DNA from: Octopus vulgaris
Lineage: Eukaryota
Reading direction: 5' to 3'
Assembly: GCA_951406725.2 (NCBI GenBank)
Contig: OX597827.1
Coordinates: 15,066,001-15,130,000, forward strand
DNA: 64,000 bases
This document shows, in pieces, positions 26,922 to 40,050 of the stretch. A program made the translations under genes and the position numbers. The notes under the pieces were generated by a model. The model saw only the letters and a list, made by a program, of their open reading frames with translations, was not told where the DNA came from and did not search any database. Position 1 is the stretch's first letter. Every line of letters starts with the position of its first letter.

Positions 26922-27517
26922 GTATGTATTTATGTGTGTGTGTCTTTGTGTCTGTGTTTGTTCCCCACCCTCACTTGACCACTGAACATATGGTTGCAGG
27001 TTCAATTCCTCTGTATAGTACCTTTGTGAACTTTCCTCTCCTTCTATCATAGTCCATACATTGTGAATCGAATTAGCTGACAGAAACTGTGAAGAAGCCC
27101 ATCATATGTATAGCAAACAACTCTAAAAGGAATTTATTGTAGAATGCTGAAAACGAAATCATCATGTGTCTATGTCCCCCGTAACTTAGCAGTTCAGCAA
27201 AAGCGATCGAAAGAATAAGTACTAGGCTTACAAAGAATAGGCCCAGGGGGATGGGGGGGGTCGATTTCTTTGACTAAAACCCTTTAAGGTGGTGCTCCAG
27301 CATGACTGCAGTCAAATGACTGAAACGAGCAAAAGAATAAAAGAATAAAAGAATAAAAGATTAAAAGAATAAAAGAATAAAAGAATACACAACTCAAGAG
27401 TAATACTTGTAAGCAAACTAAGGGACAGAATTGGCTGCATCTTCTTCTTCTGTGTGTTCTTCCTGACTGCTCTGCTGGGAATCCAGCAGAGATGACATTT
27501 AATCTATTCCCACAATA

Positions 27518-27895
27518 GCAATGGCCCAGTGGTTAGGGCAGTGGACTCGCGGTCGTAGGATCGCGGTTTCGATTCCAAGACCAGGCATTGTGAGTGTTTA
27601 TTGAGCGAAAACACCTAAAAGCTCCACGAGGCTCCGGCAGGGGATGGTGGTGATCCCTGTTGTACTCTTTCACCACAACTTTCTCTCACTCTTACTTCCT
27701 GTTTCTATTGTACCTGTATTTCAAGGGGCCGGCCTTGTCACTCTCTGTGTCATGCTGAATATCCCCGAGAACTACGTTAAGGGTGCACGTGTCTGTGGAG
27801 TGCTCAGCCACTTACACGTTAATTTCAGGAGCAGGCTGTTCCATTGATTCAGATCAACCGGAACCCTTGTCGTCGTAACCGATGGAGTGCTTCCA
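27518..27895 (+). mobile_element. SINE family C
   Basis: Near-identical to 18439-18824; TSD CCACAATAGCA. Confidence 0.9.
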
Positions 27896-28114
27896 CAATA
27901 GCAGGAATACGGTGTGACAGGGTTAGAAACAGAGCCTGATTAAGACCCATTTTAAGACCCTAAGCACTTAAAAGATTTTGGTGCCCCCATAAAAGATTAT
28001 GTAATTCAAAATGTAAACAATAACAGACCAAAAAATAAATTTTTATTTTTCAAAATGAAACAAAGCAGTAAGAGGGGAAAATAATGTTTATTTTTGTATA
28101 ATAATAAACAAATG

Positions 28115-28318
28115 CACCCTTTTAAAGCCTAGCCAGGCTCATGGGCCCGGTTTCCTGGTTTCAATGGCGTATGTGCTCCCCAGCTGGACGGGACGCCAGT
28201 CCATCGCAGCGTTACTCATTTTTGCCAGCTGAGTGGACTGGAGCAATGTGAAATGAAGTGTTTTGCTCAAGAACACAACACATCGCCTGGTCCAGGAATT
28301 GAAACCACAATCTTACTT
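28115..28318 (-). mobile_element. SINE fragment with family-E centre and family-D (V-domain-like) tail
   Basis: Reverse complement reads TTGAGCAAAACACTT...CAGCTGGCAAAAATGAG then CTGCGATGGACTGGCGTCCCGTCCAG, like 52228-52320. Confidence 0.75.
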
Positions 28319-28887
28319 GATGATAACAGATTTGATACCTATAGCCCTATGATCCCACATTACATTTTGTGCCTTAGCAAGCATTGGAGTAAATGCTTCT
28401 TGATTATAGTAATGTAATAATTTGATTACAGGGTACATAACTGATTGGAATTTGATGCAGATGTTTAGCGATAATCGTTCTTTAATTCTGTCTCCATATC
28501 ATTAACCTACAAGTAGTTTTAGTAAGCAATCAAGTATAGAGATGTATTTTATCAATTTAAGATAAATGCTATCATGGGCACAAGCACAGTTTCATGTTTA
28601 AGAAGCTTGTTTCATGACTACATGGTTCCCACTGCACAGCATTTTCGGTAAATATATTCCACCACAGACTCAGATCAACCAAAACCTTGGGAGTGAAATT
28701 CTGTGGACAGAAACTTTGCAGAAGTCCATTAGAAGGATTGAACTTGTTTTTGGATGATAGACTTAATTTGTCCTCTACCTCATTGCCCATGGACTCATAA
28801 AAGACGAACTGTAAACAAGGACCTTCACTGAGAACTAGTTATCAAGCTGGGACTTCTGGTTAGGTAACAAATGAGACCCAAACTTAA

Positions 28888-29155
28888 ATCATCATCATCA
28901 TCATCACCATCATCATCATCGTCGTCGTCATTTAATGTCTTTTTTCCATGCTAGCATGGGTTGGACAGTTCAACTGGAGTTTTGGGAAGCCAGAAGGCTG
29001 CACCAGGCTCCAGTCTGATCTGGCAGTGTTTCTACAGCTGGATGCCCTTCCTAACGCCAACCACTCCATGAGTGTAGTGGGTGCTTTTTACTTGCCACCG
29101 GCACAGGTGCCAGACGAGGCTGGCAATGGCCACGATCGGATAGTGCTTTTTACGA
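28888..29155 (-). mobile_element. Family R (RTE 3' UTR) copy
   Basis: (CAT)n plus CCATGCTAGCATGGGTTGG. Confidence 0.85.
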
Positions 29156-30854
29156 GCTGATTATATTCTCTCTCATGTCGGAGATGATTGATACAGAATA
29201 AGAACAAACAACACTTCAACAGATTCTCATCTGTGATTATCTTTATGTATAGCTTTACTCCCGTTTTAATATCACCTGGGCCTTGAAAGCTTTTAGCTGA
29301 GTCCACTCTGTTGGAAGCCTTTGAGCCAGGTTTCTGATCACCATTCTGAGAATAGCCTACTCGCACAGGTTACAGAGGCCTGTTACACAGTTTCTTGGTT
29401 ACCATTACTGTGGGGTTGCAATATTGGATGTGTATAGTTTTGTTGAAGACCATCATTATGTGATCTAGCTGGTTGCATGTATAATAAATGAAGCAACTCA
29501 CGAACTTTTGACTTTCAATATATTTATTGCTGGACATGGTTTACTGTGTTAGCTGTTTACAAAAGAAAGATTCTGATAATATAACTGCCAACTGGGAAGA
29601 GAGAACCATGCTGTGTCTTGTAGAAGGCTAGCTGTGGTACATCATGTGTGGATGTCCAAAGTCATCTCTTGCTCAAGGTGGTCTGTTCAAGTGCCTAATG
29701 TGATCTGATATTAGTAATTTGCCTTTTGCTCAAAGTGGTTTGTGTGAATGCCTGATGCTGTCAGGCAGAGATAGGTGCCAAACAGATTTTATAGGGTGAA
29801 AAGGAGGTTGAATTTTCAATCATTTGAGGAGCCATATCACACTACAGATTCACACTGATTGGGCGATTTACAGATCAATCATGTGAAACTATGGTGGCTT
29901 ACTTGTAATCCCAACAGAATATCTAGCAGTTGGGGTTCAAATCCCTACAGGCCTTTAAAAGGGTCGAGGGCACTGATTTTCCATTTCAAAGCCATTAAAA
30001 AATATCTAAGCCAATAAATTACATATTTCTGATTCCATATCCCCAAATCCCTTGAAAAATAATTTTTTTTTAAATATATAAAATTTATAATATCTACTGA
30101 CACAGCACTAATGTACACAAGCTGACAAAAAAAAACTTTTATCTCAAACACATTCTTTAGATTTTCCACATATTTTTAAAAATTTTAACTTGTTTCTGAT
30201 TTACCTAAATATTAGAATTATCTGCACCTTTCCCATAAATATTAATGTTGGAATTACACAGAGAAAACAAAATTTCAAGTTGATTAAAAGTCATTTCCCA
30301 GTTTCAAAATTGATGACAGAATTATCTCCCTTAAACGTTTTGATTTTGCTAAACATGAAAACATCTACAACAGACAAATGTCTGTGAACAGCTAGTCTCT
30401 CCATCAAGAAATATGGGTCTTCAGCATTCATTACTGTTTAGAAATTCCAAATCAAAGAAGTTGAAAGAGTTGAAGAGGATTAAGAAAAAAATGAAGACTT
30501 TAAAAAATTTAAAAAAAAACGAGAGGGAGTGAAAGCAAGATAAAATATCCTACAATGAGATTATAAGTTTTAATCTAATCAATATTATATGATGCCGATA
30601 TTTAAAGAGAGCAGGTGATGAGAATAAAATACAGAGGATATCTAAGGACTAATCTATAGCAATTCATTGGATAATTCCCTAACTGGAGCAGAGCTCAAAA
30701 CAAACAGTAATAAAGTAGACAAATAGTGTAGTAAACTTAGGTAGAACTTGAAGGTGACATCCCTAATGAGTGTGTTTGTTATTTCATTGTAAACATTGTG
30801 TAATTTGTGTGGTTAGTCTGATAGAAGAAGGAGGTAGCATCCTTAATTTACAAA

Positions 30855-31282
30855 GTCAGTAAACAGCACAGCTCCCATGACATTCGGAAACATTTTTTCA
30901 CACTAAGAGTTACTGAAGTACGGAACAAACTGCCAGCATCAGTTGTCAGTTGTTGGAGCACTGCGTCCTTCAAAACTTCCATGCTTCCTGAGATTCGCCA
31001 ACACTACACCTGATTTTCTCCCCTCCATACACACGCTGAAGCATGGAACAAACTGCCGGCATCAGTTGTTAGAGCACTGGATCCTTCAAAACTTCCATGC
31101 TTCCTGAGATTCGCCAACACTACACCTGATTTTCCCCCCTCCATAAATACGCAAGCATGTATCTGACTCATACACTGTTCGCTTTCCAGACATTTGTACA
31201 TTACTGCATATGCTTTATACGCACTTTTTGACAAGTTGTGGTGCACTTGAGCACTGAATACAATAATTTCATTATTATATTA
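30855..31282 (+). mobile_element. CR1-clade LINE 3' fragment with internal ~115-bp duplication and longer 3' UTR
   Basis: Homologous to 25660-25860. The segment GGAACAAACTGCC...CTACACCTGATTTT occurs twice. Confidence 0.8.
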
Positions 31283-32081
31283 ATGACTGGCAATGTTGCT
31301 TCAAAGATAATTGCTAGAAAATAAGATGCATTAGAGAGGAACAACAAATTATAAAAGCTTAAGTTGTGAACCCAGAAGGTGTGGGTAAATTGTGGTAGCT
31401 AGAAGCAATAATAAGAATCTAGAGAGAGCTTTTGGTTGAAAGCAATATGTCAGGTTTATATAGCAAGGTGTATAAGACGTCTGCTAATGTTCCCTAATAT
31501 GACGGTGTATTGTGAATTGCATAGTAGTATGTTCACATGACTGAGTATGTCCTTGAGGAGAATGTCTAAAAAAACACTGACACACTTCTTCAGACTGGGA
31601 AAAGAAATAGTTATAAAATTCTAACAATAAGAAAATGTTAGATAAGAAAGATAAGAGAAGATAGTTGGTTAAAATCTAGCCAAGTGGAAATAACCGAGTG
31701 ATGAAGGGAGAGGCAGCTATTGAGGTTAGTTTCAATGTTATTAGTAAGGCTTTCATGTGGGGAAGAAGTAAAGAAAGCTACAAGTCTATCAGAGATGGAT
31801 GATGGGACGTTGAGAGTATTAAGCTATACAGGTATGATGTTAATTCACCACTTTCTCAGTCAGGGGTTGTGGCTATTGTTTAACCCCAGGTTGGATACAA
31901 TCAAACAGATTTATGATCAGAGAGGTATGACAACCCTGCTTTTTTTTAAGTATAGTGTACTGTGGACTACATTATTCAATGTAATGCATCAGTTTTCAAG
32001 GCAGCAGAGTATGAGTCAAGAAAGATTCCAAAAAAGATTGGAATGGCAGAATTGGAAGAGTGGTAGATATGATACTTAATA

Positions 32082-33195
32082 TCTATTTATTTACTACCCA
32101 CGAGGTGCTAAACACAGAGGGGACAAACAAGGACAGACAAAGGGATTAAGTCGATTACATCGACTCCAGTGCGTAACTGGTACTTTATTTATCGACCCCG
32201 AAAGGATGAAAGGCGAAGTCGACCTCGGCAGAATTTGAACTCAAAACGTAGCGGCAGACGAAATACCTGTTTCTTTATTACCCACAAGGGGCTAAACATA
32301 GAGGGGACAAACAAGGACAGACATAGTATTAAGTCGATTACATCGACTCCAGTGTGAAACTGGTACTTTATTTATCGACCCTGAAAGGATGAAAGGCAAA
32401 GTCGACCTCGGCAGAATTTGAACTCAGAACGTAGCGGCAGACGAAATACCTGTTTCTTTATTACCCACAAGGTGCTAAACATAGAGGGGACAAACAAGGA
32501 CAGACAAAGGGATTAAGTCGATTACATCGACCCCAGTGCGAAACTGGTACTTTATTTATCGACCCTGAAAGGATGAAAGGCAAAGTCGACCTCGGCAGAA
32601 TTTGAACTCAGAACGTAGTGGCAGACGAAATACCTGTTTCTTTATTACCCACAAGGGGCTAAACATAGAGGGGACAAACAAGGACAGACAAAGGGATTAA
32701 GTCGATTACATCGACCCCAGTGCGAAACTGGTACTTTATTTATCGACCCCGAAAAGATGAAAGGCAAAGTCGACCTCGGCAGAATTTGAACTCAGAATGT
32801 AGCAGCAGACGAAATACCCGTTTCTTTACTACCCACAAGGGGCTAAACATAGAGGGGACAAACAAGGACAGACAAAGGGATTAAGTCTATTACATCGACT
32901 CCAGTGTGAAACTGGTACTTTATTTATCGACTCTGAAAGGATGAAAGGCAAAGTCGACCTCAGCAGAATTTGAACTCAGAATGTAGCGGCAGACGAAATA
33001 CCTATTTCTTTACTACCCACAAGGGGCTAAACATAGAGGGGACAAACAAGGACAGACAAACGGATTAAATCTATTACATCGACCCCAGTGCGTAACTGGT
33101 ACTTAATTTATCGACCCTGAAAGGATGAAAGGCAAAGTCGACCTCAGCAGAATTTGAACTCAGAACATAACAGCAGACGAAATACAGCTACGCAT
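32082..33195 (-). mobile_element. Head-to-tail hexamer of SINE family B (~184-bp unit)
   Basis: Six units joined at GACGAAATACC(T/C)(G/A)TTTCTTT junctions near 32265, 32448, 32632, 32816 and 33000. Confidence 0.93.
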
Positions 33196-33409
33196 ATATT
33201 AAATACCATATCATATGATACTTAATATCATATGATATGATATTTAATTTTGTTGTTTGTATTTCATACCTAAGTAAAGTTAACTTTATCTGTCATCTTT
33301 CCTATGTTTATAAAATGACATGTCAGAGAAGCAAGCAGGTAGTTTTCAACTTGTCACTAACATAAAGATATGCATTATATACATTGGTCATTTGATGTAA
33401 ATGGATGCT

Positions 33410-33590
33410 GACAGTTCCATAAAGAAATGCTGATTTCTCGAAGTAGATGGAACACGCGGAAAAGTGGAAGACCAAGGAAGAGATGGGACAAAGTATTGAA
33501 GGACGACCTCAAAACGCTGAACCTTTCAGACAAAATAACAAAGGACTGAAATGTCTGGTGCCACGATGTATTCAAGAAGACCTGTTCCCC
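33410..33590 (+). mobile_element. Degenerate RTE-type LINE ORF C-terminal fragment
   Basis: Reads GRPRKRWDKVLKDDLKTLNL with a frameshift and a stop; homologous to 44900-45121. Confidence 0.7.
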
Positions 33591-33690
33591 ACAGCAGAAG
33601 GGATATAAGGTTGCTCACCCTAGTGAAGAGGATTGGCCTGCAAGAGTCCTGTACCTTAGGAATGAGAACCCAGGTTCAAAATTTCCCCAA

Positions 33691-33736
33691 GACACCTGAA
33701 GAAGGCTGGAAGGTATATCAGCCGAAACGTTGTGTT
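33691..33736 (+). ncRNA. Minimal type I hammerhead-ribozyme-like motif
   Basis: GACAC / CTGAAGA-A / GGCTG..CAGCC / GAAA-C-GTT / GTGTT, with palindrome AACGTT as helix III. Confidence 0.65.
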
Positions 33737-34095
33737 AAGAATAAACAGGATGAGGACAAATATCCGTCAAATGTAAATAATGTAAATAATGTACATAATT
33801 CCTCATCTCTTAAATATAGGACTTTATTGAGCCCTGTGTTCGGTTAGTGCTTATTTTATTGTCTCCAGAAGGCTGAAAGGTAAAGTCGACCCGAGCAGTA
33901 TTTGAAATCAATATTGTAATCAGATGCAACAATAGCAACTCAACAATGGTAAAATTTGTCAAAGATTAGAGTTGAATAAAAATACTTCATCAACTGAAAA
34001 GTACCAAATTCTGTAATTACAGACAAACAAAATGGTAATACTTTAGTCTGAATTTATTACTAACAAATGCTGATTGTACCATTATGAATACTTAC

Positions 34096-36471
34096 CGGTG
34101 TTGGTATTGGTCCTCTTTGTCGTGAAGAAGGGGATTTACACTCCCTCCAAGTTTGGGATGGAGCTCCATGAAAAAACTCAGTTCTTGGGTCAATAAAAGA
34201 AGCATTTGTATTATGCATTCTAGGTAAATTCCTTACCATAGTAGCAGGATGATAATTGTCTGAAATTAGTTGACTCATTTCTCTTTGAGAATGGTTTGAT
34301 GATGAGCTCCTTTCAGCTGAGAGCCTGTTTTTTGATTTACAGTATTTTATAATACATACAGTAACTGATATCACAATAGACACAGATACAATCACAACCC
34401 CTGCAACAATGATTATCATCCAGTTCATATCTATCCAGTCATTGTCCGAAGACTTTGCAGTCGCCTTGATCTTTGGGGCGTCATTACTAACAGTCAGCCT
34501 TAAAGTAGCTGAAGCAGTTGCTGATAGAACTGGAATACCACTGTCTTCAACTAAAACTACAAGTTTATATTCCCCAGCATCGTTCTGATAAACCATGCGA
34601 GCAAAAGACAACACACCTGTGCGAGAGTTGAGTGCAAATAATTTCTTGTCATTGCCTTGGTATATTCCGTATTTCAGAAAAGCATTTCTAGGCGTGTCCT
34701 TGTCAGATGCTTTGAAAACTGTAATCTCGTTGTTACTTAGTGGTAGATAATGTACATTAAGGGTGACTGATTCAACATTAGGAGAAGTGAAATAAGGGGC
34801 ATTGTCATTCACATCCATGACTTCGACAGTAACGTTTGTAGTGCTGTTCAATGATGACGTTCCATTGTCTTTCACTAAAACTTGGAACTGATAAAAGTCT
34901 TTGATTTCTCTGTCTAACGATGTAGTTGTTGAAATAAAACCGCCGTTGGAAATTTTGAAAGGAAACAAATTCTGATGATTGTTCAAAATTAAATAAGATA
35001 ATTTTCCTCCCTCTCCTTCATCGGGATCTGTAGCTTCCATATAACCAACAGGGAAATTTGGGCTTTCATTTTCCTTAATCAGAAATCTGAATGAATCCTT
35101 TGAAAACTTAGGTGGTATATCATTAACATCCGTCACTTTGACTGAGAAATTTTTGACACTTCGTAACGCTGGAGAACCGCTATCTTCACATGCCATTGTT
35201 ACACGAAAATCGCTATTTTTTTCTCTGTCAACTGCTTCTTTCACAGTTATTTTATATTCTTTGCTTCCCAATATTTGAAGCTGAAATTTAGGATGATTCA
35301 GTTGACACTCTACTTCTCCGTTTTCTCCAGTGTCATCATCGGTCACTTTCACAAAAGCTATAAAATTACCGACTTTGATGTCTTCTGAAATGACAGTTGT
35401 CTCCTCTGTTATTCTTGAAACAAAACTTATCTCAATGACTGGTGGGTTATTATGTTTACTGACGATGCTGATACGAACTAAGGTAATAGAACTAAGAAAG
35501 GGTTTTCCCCCGTCTCTAGCTTCAACAAACAATTTATAATTTTGATTTTCTCCTAATGAAAATTTACCTTTATGATATATTTCACCAGTTATTTCATTTA
35601 ACCGAAAATTGTGTTTAGCAGCTTCGGATGTTTTTGAGCCAAATTTGTATGAAATTTTACTATTATCTCCATAATCCAAATCATGAGCAGATAGGACAAA
35701 CACTGGTTTATCTATTCGATGGCTGCTATTTATGAAAACATTGTAAGTATTCTGAGAGAATATGGGAGGATTATCATTTGCATCAATCACAGAGATCTGG
35801 ACATCCATTTTGCCCCGTCTGGATGGAACACCATTATCAGTTGCAATGATCTGTAATTTATATGTTTCTTGTACTTCCCTGTCCAGCATTTCTTTTAAGA
35901 TAATCTCTAGATTATCTGTACCATCAACTCTTTTAGAAGTCACTAAGCCAAACGTTCCTTCGTAATCATTAATTATTTGATATGAAATCCGTGAGTTTGC
36001 TTCTCCAACATCTTTGTCTATTGCATTTAGCAAAAATTTTTTTGTTCCTTCACCATCCGTTTCTAAAAACCGAAGATAAATTTCTCCTTTGGGAAACTCG
36101 GGCGAGTAATCATTGACATCTTGTATCACAATTTTTATCTTTAAAAAGTTTTCATTTTTCTTTTTTTCTCTGAAAATAACCCGTATCATTTTGAAACACT
36201 GTGTGTCGTAAACACACAGAGACTCAGCATCTAATTTCTGTGTAGTGTACAGTTTGCCAGCTTTTGTGACATTAAACAAATCGGCAACGCCAATTAAGTT
36301 AAAAGATATCAAACTAGTGTCTGCAGTTTGTTTATCATAATTTAGATTCAGATTAGCTGCTATGTCTCCCACCAGTGTTCCTGCATCTTGCTCTTCGGCT
36401 ACATAGAAAGTGAGATTGCTACATAAGCAACTGCAGAGAAACAGCATGAGAATACATGCTGATAGCAACAT
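34096..36471 (-). CDS. Protocadherin (cephalopod-expanded type): large exon encoding signal peptide, EC1-EC6, TM and proximal cytoplasmic domain
   Basis: Intact 2.4-kb ORF. ATG at 36471 is followed by a hydrophobic signal peptide. EC1 has C-X5-C; DVNDYSP, DANDNPP, DVNDIPP, DVNDNAP and LDRE motifs are present; TM is WMIIIVAGVVIVSVSIVISVTVCII. Donor CCG|GTAAGT at 34096/34095 (phase 0). Downstream exons not identified. Confidence 0.95.
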
Positions 36472-36515
36472 ATCTCGATTCAACCGACCAGACACCAACA
36501 ATCAGAGAAATATGT

Positions 36516-36540
36516 CTGAAATTAAAAAAAGAATAGATTT
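36516..36540 (-). promoter_or_regulatory. Splice acceptor upstream of the protocadherin ATG (implies an upstream 5' UTR exon)
   Basis: Minus strand reads TTCTTTTTTTAATTTCAG|ACAT. The exon would start at 36515, 44 nt before the ATG. Confidence 0.7.
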
Positions 36541-36784
36541 TAGCAATTCGTTAAAAATTTTGCTTAAATAATATGTATGTAGTTACATTATCTATAGTAA
36601 ACTAACAGTAATCTGGTAGAGAGCAGGTAGTTTCTTTAAGATAACTTTAAGAAAACAAGAAGCGTTATGTGAATTTGTGTGTGTATATGTGTATGCATAT
36701 ATATGGGTGTATGTATGAACTAGCAACAGCAGAAATGTGTCTAAATGTAAGTGTTCATAGAAAAAGTGTGAGTATCTGTGTAGG

Positions 36785-36986
36785 AGTATGTATGTATGTA
36801 TGTATGTATGTATGTACATATACATGTAGATATACATATATATATATACATGTGTCTATGTATATATATACATGTATATGTAGATATAGATATATATATA
36901 CATACATGTGTCTATGTAGATATACATATATATATATACATACATACATGTGTCTATGTAGGTATACATATATATATATACATACA

Positions 36987-37041
<55 letters not shown>

Positions 37042-37140
37042 ATGTATGTATGTATATGAATATACATATATATATACATACATGTGTCTATGTATATATA
37101 TATATACACACATGTATATATATATGTACGTATGTATGTA
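36785..37140. repeat. Compound (TA)/(TATG)/(CATGTGTCTATG) microsatellite
   Basis: Read directly. Confidence 0.92.
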
Positions 37141-37388
37141 TTTAGTTAACTAGTTCAATAACATCTGTATGTATTTGCATCGTCTCTTATGATAAAATAA
37201 ATATCTGTGCTTATTATTATTCAAATGGTCACACCAGCACATTTGGTTTATTTATATACAAAGATAAGATTAATATTCGGTTTAAATAACTGATTCTTAG
37301 AACAACAACAAGAATAACATTTTATTATAAAACAGTAAACATAATCGACATAGAACACTCTTTCATAAGTTTCTCTTTCGTAAGCAAA

Positions 37389-37555
37389 TAGGCGCAGGAG
37401 TGGCTATGTGGTAAGTAGCTTGCTAACCAACCACATGGTTGTGGTTTCAGTCCCACTGCGTGGCATCTTGGGCAAGTGTCTTCTGCTATAGCCTCGGGCC
37501 GACCAATGCCTTGTGAGTGGATTTGGTAGACGGAAACTGAAAGAAGCCTGTCGTA

Positions 37556-37598
<43 letters not shown>

Positions 37599-37845
37599 AT
37601 ATGTGTGTGTGTGTGTTTGTGTGTCTGTGTTTGTCCCCCTAGCATTGCTTGACAACCGATGCTGGTGTGTTTACGTCCCCGTCACTTAGCGGTTCGGCAA
37701 AAGAGGCCGATAGAATAAGCACTGGGCTTACAAAGAATATGTCCCGGGGTCGATTTGCTCGACTAAAGGCGGTGCTCCAGCATGGCCGCAGTCAAAATGA
37801 CTGAAACAAGTAAAAGAGTAAAGAGTAAAGAGAGAAAGTAAAGAG
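37389..37845 (+). mobile_element. SINE family A (young)
   Basis: Full head to tail. Confidence 0.92.
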
Positions 37846-38563
37846 CTGAAGATTAGCAGGAGTTTAGATGCTAATATTTTAACATATTTCACGCAGTGTT
37901 TTCTGGATATTTAAACAGTTTTCTGTGGCGAGGTCCTGGTTCAGGATTTCCAGAGATTTTGAGGTGTATGGGACCATCTCTTAGCCATTATTGTTCCTAG
38001 GTCTACTCTCACCTGGAATAGTAGCATCTGTCAGGGTCCCAGCTATGTGTTAATTAGCATGTCAAGAAATTACGTTTGAAGAATATTGCTCACAGACACC
38101 CCAACAGACACAGTGCAAATAAGGCCCTTCACCTCTTTAGCTGTTCATCTAAGGGAAGGTAGCCCCATTCAAATCCTGCATCCTGGCAACAGATAGGGCT
38201 CACAACACTTCTTGCACCAGACCAATACAAGTTTGAAAGATGAAAGAGCAGGACTGGCCCTGCACAAACCATGCCCACCATAACAATAAACCATTGCTGC
38301 TTTGTGGGGTAACATATCGAGCATTTAAAAAGGGCTAATGGAGTATACCCTAAAAGAGAATCAAGAGGGAGGGGCCTGTTAAGAGAATCCATACAGTTAT
38401 AGTTAACTAATGTCTGGCATCGCCTGCAGTTTCTTGAATGCTGCAAATGTATTAACTTGTCTTTCCTTCATGGATTATCCATGAGGGTAGAGGTGGTAAG
38501 CATGCTTGGGGGTTAGGCTCTTGTTTCTGGAAACAGCCCAGGAACAGCAGAAGCAGTTAAATT

Positions 38564-38784
38564 ACTTATTTCTTTACTGCCCACAAGGGGCTACACACAG
38601 AGGGGACAAACGGATTAAGTCAATTACATCGACCCCAGTGCGTAACTGGTACTTAATTTATCGACCCCGAAAGGATGAAAGGCAAAATCGACCTCGGCGG
38701 AATTTGAACTCAGAATGTAAAGACAGATGAAATACCGTTAAGCATTTCGCCCGTCATGCTAACGATTCTGCCAGCTCATTGCCG
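38564..38784 (-). mobile_element. SINE family B
   Basis: TSD GAAGCAGTTAAATTACT. Confidence 0.9.
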
Positions 38785-39407
38785 AAGCAGTTAAATTACT
38801 GCCTCTACAATACTGTCGATCATGGCAAAAAAAGGCCAACCAAAACCTCTTCACTCAATTGTATTACTGGTAAATCCTATATATTCTGGATAAAGATTTA
38901 GATTGATTTGGATCAGTACTTCCCAGCCTATGAATCATGATATAATCCTGAATGAATCATACAGACAATAGGCACATGCCACCTAGATAGGCAAGGTAGG
39001 CAGTGTCTACCTTGAATAAAATAGATTGATAGCAACATTTTCCTTTTATGGCAAAATCTATACCTAATTCAATAAAATTATGAAGGTTACTCTGATTACT
39101 ATGCATAAAATGCAAAATATTTTATTTTTTTGTAGATTAGGTAGGCATAATTTGCTCCTGCTTTTCAATCTCAGTATTTAAGCTACACATAGTACTGCTG
39201 TAGTACACATGCTGCATACACTCCTGCAACACTGTTTTCTTTACGTGCTATAAAGGCAGAAGTAAAACTGCCTTCAACTCAGTCATGCTTATTCTTTGTT
39301 TGTGTTTACTACACAAAGGTCACCAACTACCTACCTGAGTAATTACTGACAGCATGTGCCTGAGACATAATGTTCTACTTTAAAAATATTTTAATTAAAA
39401 TGTACAA

Positions 39408-39815
39408 TAGGCGCAGGAGTGGCTGTGTGGTAAGTAGCATGCTAACCAACCACATGGTTCCGGGTTCAGTCCCACTGCGTGGCATCTTGGGCAAGTGTCT
39501 TCTGCTATAGCCCCGGGCCGACCAATGCCTTGTGAGTGGATTTGGTAGACGGAAACTGAAAGAAGCCTGTCGTATATATATGTATATATATATGTGTGTG
39601 TTTGTGTGTCTGTGTTTGTCCCCCCTAGCATTGCTTGACAACCGATGCTGGTGCGTTTACGTCCCCGTCACTTAGCGGTTCGGCAAAAGAGACCGATAGA
39701 ATAAGTACTAGGCTTACAAAGAATAAGTCCTGGAGTCAAATTGCTCGACTAAAGGCGGTGCTCCAGCATGGTCGCAGTCAAATGACTGAAACAAGTAAAA
39801 GAGTAAAAAGAGTAA
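39408..39815 (+). mobile_element. SINE family A (young)
   Basis: Full head to tail. Confidence 0.92.
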
Positions 39816-40016
39816 TGTTCATGAATGCGTTGTTAAACTAAGCTGCAGTCTGGCATAATCACTACTACACATTTTCCGCAAACAAAACCAGAAGGTATTT
39901 GTCCCCAAAACTTTCAAATTTTGAGTGTGTCCTATTTTTGGAAAAATCAATATTTAGTGCATTTGACCACTGCATACAAAAAGTTCATTACTATACACAT
40001 ATATGCACACTCACAA

Positions 40017-40050
<34 letters not shown>

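Noticed and set aside
29160-29800. Candidate downstream protocadherin exon or transposase (ORF 29088-29366)
   Set aside because: No recognisable motif or convincing splice-site pair, and stops occur in the extended frames.
36472-36501. ORF-track start at 36501
   Set aside because: It is a TTG. The ATG at 36471 directly precedes the signal peptide.
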